From positions 1 to 32,000 of the forward strand of contig NJBF01000031.1 of assembly GCA_003144275.1 (NCBI GenBank): 32,000 bases of DNA, given 5' to 3'. Shown piece after piece: positions 28,101 through 32,000 of the stretch; position 1 is the first letter of the stretch; each line of letters starts with the position of its first letter. The stretch comes from Candidatus Heimdallarchaeota archaeon B3_Heim. GTDB taxonomy: Archaea; Asgardarchaeota; Heimdallarchaeia; Hodarchaeales; Hodarchaeaceae. A model generated the notes under the pieces. That model saw only the letters and a list, made by a program, of their open reading frames with translations. It searched no databases and was not told where the DNA came from. The position numbers and the translations under genes were made by a program.

Positions 28101-28690
28101 GAGGTTAAGGGCGCATATTTATCATTATTATGTGAGTTTCCAATTTGTAGACTCTCATCTATTTTCTCTCCTTCCTGTACTCTCTCCTCAATTTGATCAA
28201 GATATTTATCCTCACTATGTAGAATTTCTTTCTCTTTTCTGAATTTTTCAGAATGATCATTAATCTGTTCCTCTAAATGTTCCTCTTCCTGCTTCCACTT
28301 CATTTCCTCCTCGGTATGCTCCCTTGACAGCCCCTCCTGCAAACTAACTAGCTTACTTTCTGTTACCTCATCGTGAAGTACTTGTTGATCGTTAAATCCC
28401 TCCTTAGCCATCGTTACTAAGCTAGCTTCTCTCTCTTTGATTTCTTCCTTTTGATTCCCTCGCTGTGCGTACTCCTCAATACTCTGCTCCTCCTTGTCAT
28501 CAATAGGTCTCTCAGTTATCTCTTCTCGAGGGGATAATAATAGATTGTCTTTTGTCTCTTCGTCAATTACGATTTGATCCTCATATGGTCCTTCAGCAAG
28601 TAATTTTTCCTCTATTTCGTCAATTTTTTCTCTCTGCTCTTCTGACTGCTTTTCTCTTTGCTTCCATTGCATATTCTCTTCTGATGACAC
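25148..28690 (-). CDS. Large hypothetical protein, 1180 aa: acidic low-complexity N-terminus, two copies of a ~100-aa unit, unknown C-terminal domain
   Basis: Uninterrupted 3.5-kb ORF. Residues 1-260 are E/Q/K-rich, and internal similarity is visible between aa 287-389 and aa 611-706. Confidence 0.75.
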   Translation of the reverse strand: MSSEENMQWKQREKQSEEQREKIDEIEEKLLAEGPYEDQIVIDEETKDNLLLSPREEITERPIDDKEEQSIEEYAQRGNQKEEIKEREASLVTMAKEGFNDQQVLHDEVTESKLVSLQEGLSREHTEEEMKWKQEEEHLEEQINDHSEKFRKEKEILHSEDKYLDQIEERVQEGEKIDESLQIGNSHNNDKYAPLTSQEGNEKRLLPLSEKKSLRTGQKDIQVKKQNIEDEGENCSKQETSLEKNQKRSSTDVQEKEKAFNKQKHVNQLISEVNTQLQSKIPIDSQIYNKLAEFSATGTYPNLSFVYKKDNQRSLQLLDEKVFNQLIKNQNKPGFRLEWHRDWFTGFEKKTNAKNQRRLFLLDLTKNQVAELPSDMKRVWVIKNEPKWNYFSPTKRELHGNSLNDLMNILFGKRNKFSVFTGVTRHSYEKAMRQIWNEFQSVFASEIRLKAKNRPAIKALKPNYSKKAIEYSLIGSFWHYYNNLSRKGKNDLEKGGYKSLVKFLQNYAPKIIPLTTDRYHQINKPDVAKKQVRAKGNKVVNEQGSNERRNKRFFRKEDSNSVKVNLDTILERLHLNSKIFNYDDNSQRNFVKAWNKFVDSKNKPSIDMWRIYNKIQRQCDSPLLYIHRKDDHPRLRLKKDIKEAEILHDKTIAAFPNLKNTTLIAEWLKFSQKIDGKNPLIEVRIKNPLTLEEELWLIRNKNSVWNPEGLPFKNNSAEKRFVSSEFFEKWQFSREKSSIIKLGEIEGYMPYSIKKSILNALFSETSIPNGAVFQQAYKLRISPETIDNFFEKLWNEERKTIKQIDKTRPILLRLKEYYMERKVDDSVVTIDIKENFDVFLFDKSSSLFKHLFSELQEIADYYKAECKNLEQWWELIGSKITVKELAKSLLKATYIAPIKKTAICYQFSEATTSRFGPLTIDPVRFWSETYNNGFSGLAAALMENQEVRELLVNFTNKDTDLSPLNLSKAVFTEMTGHDTVSPEHLIPLPDGITKIGHIGSDVFQNKLLRPIGKNKNEINAEIYLLDWLKTAGNYDPINYSINNLQLEFIPSGVSLNGLTNIAKDHNAIIISYWGNTVEEIGRFMEVISAIHVINFKRQKKQNFSEEELKELVIQNLEKRTHSGMKISQTDSPTTRIIDQFLPEAIRAKGEGTFLKNSVIKLLSYYGDKLFSDYYPIFPKE

Positions 28691-28765
28691 CTTTTGATCC
28701 CTTATAGAGAAATTTTTTTTGATATGAATAAGCTCACTAATATAGATTGATTATTTCCTTTAAAT

Positions 28766-28778
28766 AATTGCAAAATTG
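28766..28778. repeat. Right copy of a 13-bp inverted repeat (aattgcaaaattg) flanking the 1180-aa gene
   Basis: Exact reverse complement of 25063-25075. Confidence 0.5.
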
Positions 28779-28916
28779 TGAAAAAACAAACTATCAGAAA
28801 GCTTTGATTCAGTTATGGGATTTTTCAGGTAGGAGATTAGTAAGATAAAATTTGCTTGAAGGACTTATATTTCATTTAGAACTTAGCTATACACTCATAA
28901 GTTCGTGGTGTTGATA

Positions 28917-29630
28917 CTATTTTAATCGATTTTTCCGACGGAGGATTATAAGGGTTATAGAAATCAGGAGGAATATTCCTCCTGAAAACCATCTAAAATT
29001 CGTTGTGGTAACAGGTGCAGGGGAATATGATAATCGAATGAGATCGTATTGATAGTATAGATACGTGTTTTTGTAATGGGTAAAGTTTTCTTGCTCAATC
29101 CAACCAGAAATATAATTGAATTTTCGAAATTCTCTATTGTACATAAGTTCAGCAGGCGTATAAATGTAAATACGACTGGCATTTTCTCCCAAGATTTTGT
29201 ATCCCATTTTTGTCCAATAAGTCGTATCATTTGTTGTTGGTATAACAAAGGTGAGAGGAGGGATTGATAACCAGACATTAAAATAAGATTCATTATTAAT
29301 CAGAATAGTCCCAGAAGGAGGGTTGTCTATCTCTACGGAAGTAATTGTGATTGTGATTGTTGACCCATTACTGAAAGAAACAGGGATTTGTGTACCATTA
29401 GTCAATGTGATATTGCTCTGGAGTTGGTTGACCTTTGAAACCTCTCTATTATTAAATTTAGTTAGTCGATATGTGCTACTGGAACCTGGTTGAACTTGCC
29501 AAGAAGGAGAAGTAGTAGCAGTAACCAATCTTGTCCCAGGTTGAGAGTAGATTATTGATACAGATAAAAACAATATGATATAGAACATTATTTTGGACAA
29601 AGAGTTCCTCTCGTGATACTTATGAATCAC
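28917..29630 (-). CDS. Secreted/surface protein with a signal peptide and a C-terminal membrane anchor
   Basis: Hydrophobic N-terminus (MFYIILFLSVSIIY; likely start at 29588), a T/S/N-rich beta-like body with many N-x-S/T sequons, and a C-terminal TTT linker + TM helix + RRKNRLK. Confidence 0.7.
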   Translation of the reverse strand: MIHKYHERNSLSKIMFYIILFLSVSIIYSQPGTRLVTATTSPSWQVQPGSSSTYRLTKFNNREVSKVNQLQSNITLTNGTQIPVSFSNGSTITITITSVEIDNPPSGTILINNESYFNVWLSIPPLTFVIPTTNDTTYWTKMGYKILGENASRIYIYTPAELMYNREFRKFNYISGWIEQENFTHYKNTYLYYQYDLIRLSYSPAPVTTTNFRWFSGGIFLLISITLIILRRKNRLK

Positions 29631-29727
29631 GTTTTTTATAATATTTACTGATATTTTTCGTTAAGTGGAGTCAAATTTCAAAGAGAAAAAAGGGAGAAGA
29701 GGGTAAATGGATTGAATGTCTATTTAA

Positions 29728-32000
29728 TCATGATTCAATGGTGATAGAAACGTTCCGTGTTTTTCCTTGAGGATCTTGGATCGACCATTCCTTTTCAAAT
29801 CCTTTTTTACCTGCTGAAAAATCCAGATTGGTTGCTAAGACTTCTTCTTGTATTAAAGAAGAGTATTCTTTAACAATTTTCTTTGTAGTCGCATCTAATT
29901 TAGTGAGATGCACTGATATGTTTGCATCATATACTAACTCTAAATCTTTACGCATAGATTGTATCCTGCGGATTAGATCTCGAACAAACCCCTCATGGAT
30001 TAGGTCTTCAGTCTGGGAAAGATTGAGAAAAAGATCTCCTTCTTTGAAGCTAGCTCCACCAAAGCCTTCTTTCTCTGTGATTCTGACTTCAAGGTCATCT
30101 TTACTTATGGTGAGTTCTGCTCCATCTATAGTTATTTGATACTCACCGTCATTACTTAAAATCTGAGCAATTTCTTTTGCTATTGAACCTTTTTGGGCTT
30201 TCATCCATGCAGCAACCTCATTTGCATTTTTCTTGAATTTTGGCCCAAGCTGTTTGAAATTTGGTGCAAATTCAATGTCTTGGAATTCCAAGGGATCATC
30301 AGAAAATTCTAATGATTTTACATTAAGCTCCTGCATAATTAAGTCTTTACATGAAGTAATTGCCTTCTTTCCAGTCTCATTACTAACTAATATTACCTCT
30401 TGAAGAGGCCAACGTGCTTTTAGATCTTTTTTTGCTCTGATAAATCTTCCGTTAGTGATGACTTCACGTGATATTGCTACACTTTCTTCGATTTTTAGTT
30501 TTATTTTCTTTAAATCTGAAACGGGATAGCTCTCTAAATGAACACTGTCTAAGCCATTTCCTTGACTTCGCACTAAAATCCTATACATCTCTTCAGATAG
30601 GAATGGTATAAGAGGGGCCAAAACCTTAGACAAGGACTCCAATATTTCATACAGTGTTGAATATGCTGATTTTTTTGATATGGTTAAGGATTTCTCCCAA
30701 AATCGACGTCGTGACTGACGTATCCACAGATTCGATAAGTCACTCGTTAAGAACGTCTTCAATGCTTTCGTGGCCTGGTGGATTGATAGATTATCAAATG
30801 CTGCATGAACCTCTGTTAGAGTATTGTGATATCTCGACAAGATCCAGCGATCTAAGAGTGGTCTTTTAGAATATACAACCTTATATTTCTTAAGGTTGGG
30901 AGAATATTCATCAAGATTTGCGTAAGTGATGAAAAATGATAATACATTCCACAAGGGGAGAATAAATTCCTTTATTTCATCCTCTAATAAACCAAAACCA
31001 AATCGTACATCATTCCAAGTCGGTCCGCTAAAGAAGAGCCATCGTACTGGATCCGCTCCATACTTCTCGAATGCTTCCTCAGAATAAATAGCACTCCCTC
31101 TTGACTTGGACATCTTCTTTCCTTCCGCGGTAAGCACATGTCCCATCGTCAAACATGATTTATAGACTAACTGATCAAAAACTACAGTCGAAATTGCTAG
31201 AAGGGAGTAAAACCATCCACGTGTTTGATCAATAGCCTCGGTTATAAAATCTATAGGAAAATGCTTATCAAACTCGTCTTTATTTTCAAAAGGATAATGC
31301 CATTGGGCAAAGAATGCTGACCCTGAATCATACCAAGCATCGATTACATACGGTTCACGTATTGCTTTGGCCTGACACGTGGGACAGTGAACTTCTATAC
31401 TGTCAACATCAGGTTTATGAAGTGAAAAGCCTGTCGGTAAACCTCCCTTTGTAAGCTTGTTTAATTCCTCTCTACTTCCAACTACGAATTCATGCCCTTT
31501 TTCACATGTCCATATTGGTAATGGTGTGCCCCAATATCGAGAGCGAGAGAGAGACCAATCCTTAAGTTCATCAAGAAAGTTTCCAAATCGACCATCTTTC
31601 AAGTGTTTAGGAACCCAACGAATTTGTTGGTTCAATTCTCGTATTCGCTCACGTACTTGGCTCATACCAATAAACCAAGATTCCATGGCATAATAGAGTA
31701 GGGGTGAATCACATCTCCAGCAAAATGGATAAGTATGAGTAATCGTCTCTACTCTCAGAAGTTTATTTTCTGTTTTCAATTGTTCCATGATATGCGGATC
31801 TGCAGTTTTAACATGCATTCCTCCAAAATTTGGCATATCGTCGAAAAAATTTCCATTTTCTAAAACAGGATTAAACATATCTACTCCAATTTCTTGACAG
31901 AGTTCGTAATCTTCAACACCAAATGCAGGAGCACAGTGAACTATCCCAGTACCATCCTCCATAGAGACAAAATCTGCCGCTACTACAAAATGAGCTTTAC
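29728..32000 (-). CDS. ileS: Isoleucyl-tRNA synthetase (type 2, archaeal/eukaryote-like), 5'-truncated by the window edge
   Basis: DGTGIVHCAPAFG, YPFCWRCDSPL, DWSLSRSRYWGTPLPIW, DAWYDSG, EAIDQTRGWF, KMSKS. The frame stays open to the window edge (KAHFVVAADFVSMEDGTG). Confidence 0.95.
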   Translation of the reverse strand, partial: KAHFVVAADFVSMEDGTGIVHCAPAFGVEDYELCQEIGVDMFNPVLENGNFFDDMPNFGGMHVKTADPHIMEQLKTENKLLRVETITHTYPFCWRCDSPLLYYAMESWFIGMSQVRERIRELNQQIRWVPKHLKDGRFGNFLDELKDWSLSRSRYWGTPLPIWTCEKGHEFVVGSREELNKLTKGGLPTGFSLHKPDVDSIEVHCPTCQAKAIREPYVIDAWYDSGSAFFAQWHYPFENKDEFDKHFPIDFITEAIDQTRGWFYSLLAISTVVFDQLVYKSCLTMGHVLTAEGKKMSKSRGSAIYSEEAFEKYGADPVRWLFFSGPTWNDVRFGFGLLEDEIKEFILPLWNVLSFFITYANLDEYSPNLKKYKVVYSKRPLLDRWILSRYHNTLTEVHAAFDNLSIHQATKALKTFLTSDLSNLWIRQSRRRFWEKSLTISKKSAYSTLYEILESLSKVLAPLIPFLSEEMYRILVRSQGNGLDSVHLESYPVSDLKKIKLKIEESVAISREVITNGRFIRAKKDLKARWPLQEVILVSNETGKKAITSCKDLIMQELNVKSLEFSDDPLEFQDIEFAPNFKQLGPKFKKNANEVAAWMKAQKGSIAKEIAQILSNDGEYQITIDGAELTISKDDLEVRITEKEGFGGASFKEGDLFLNLSQTEDLIHEGFVRDLIRRIQSMRKDLELVYDANISVHLTKLDATTKKIVKEYSSLIQEEVLATNLDFSAGKKGFEKEWSIQDPQGKTRNVSITIES

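Noticed and set aside
1763-31693. Short ORFs (60-125 aa) nested within or antisense to the long genes, e.g. 1763-1990, 3025-3234, 7909-8109, 13847-14218, 20295-20567, 24638-24970, 24741-25043, 28964-29293, 29828-30139
   Set aside because: They overlap well-supported genes and show no motifs; this is expected shadow-ORF noise.
1-32000. tRNA, rRNA, CRISPR array, transposase or integrase
   Set aside because: No T-loop or cloverleaf, rRNA-like tract, repeat-spacer array or DDE/tyrosine-recombinase motif was seen by eye.

Overview
AT-rich window of about 25 densely packed genes. It is most consistent with an Asgard archaeon, probably Heimdallarchaeia. This is inferred from a longin/uDENN-like+TPR protein, a GvpD/KaiC-like ATPase, a type-2 IleRS and a C-terminally anchored surface protein. 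Left to right: a THUMP-like/SPOUT ORF that switches abruptly into two canonical EF-hands; mtnA, a small ORF, a GvpD/KaiC-like ATPase and a beta-CASP nuclease with a long unknown N-terminus; a nitrilase and a CPBP protease; an orphan helical protein and a longin-TPR protein; a flotillin/NfeD pair; a split methylcrotonyl-CoA carboxylase with hydratase and alpha/beta-hydrolase; a YdjC-like remnant missing from the ORF track; glnA, a two-subunit glutamine-dependent NAD synthetase and a class II GATase; a short bacterial-type AlaRS; a 1180-aa orphan with an internally duplicated ~100-aa unit, flanked by a 13-bp inverted repeat; a surface protein; and a 5'-truncated IleRS. I saw no rRNA, tRNA, CRISPR array or transposase. 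The most unexplained elements are the SPOUT/EF-hand junction (possibly an assembly chimera), the 1180-aa orphan, and the ATPase plus beta-CASP module. All assignments come from motif recognition by eye; no database search was run.
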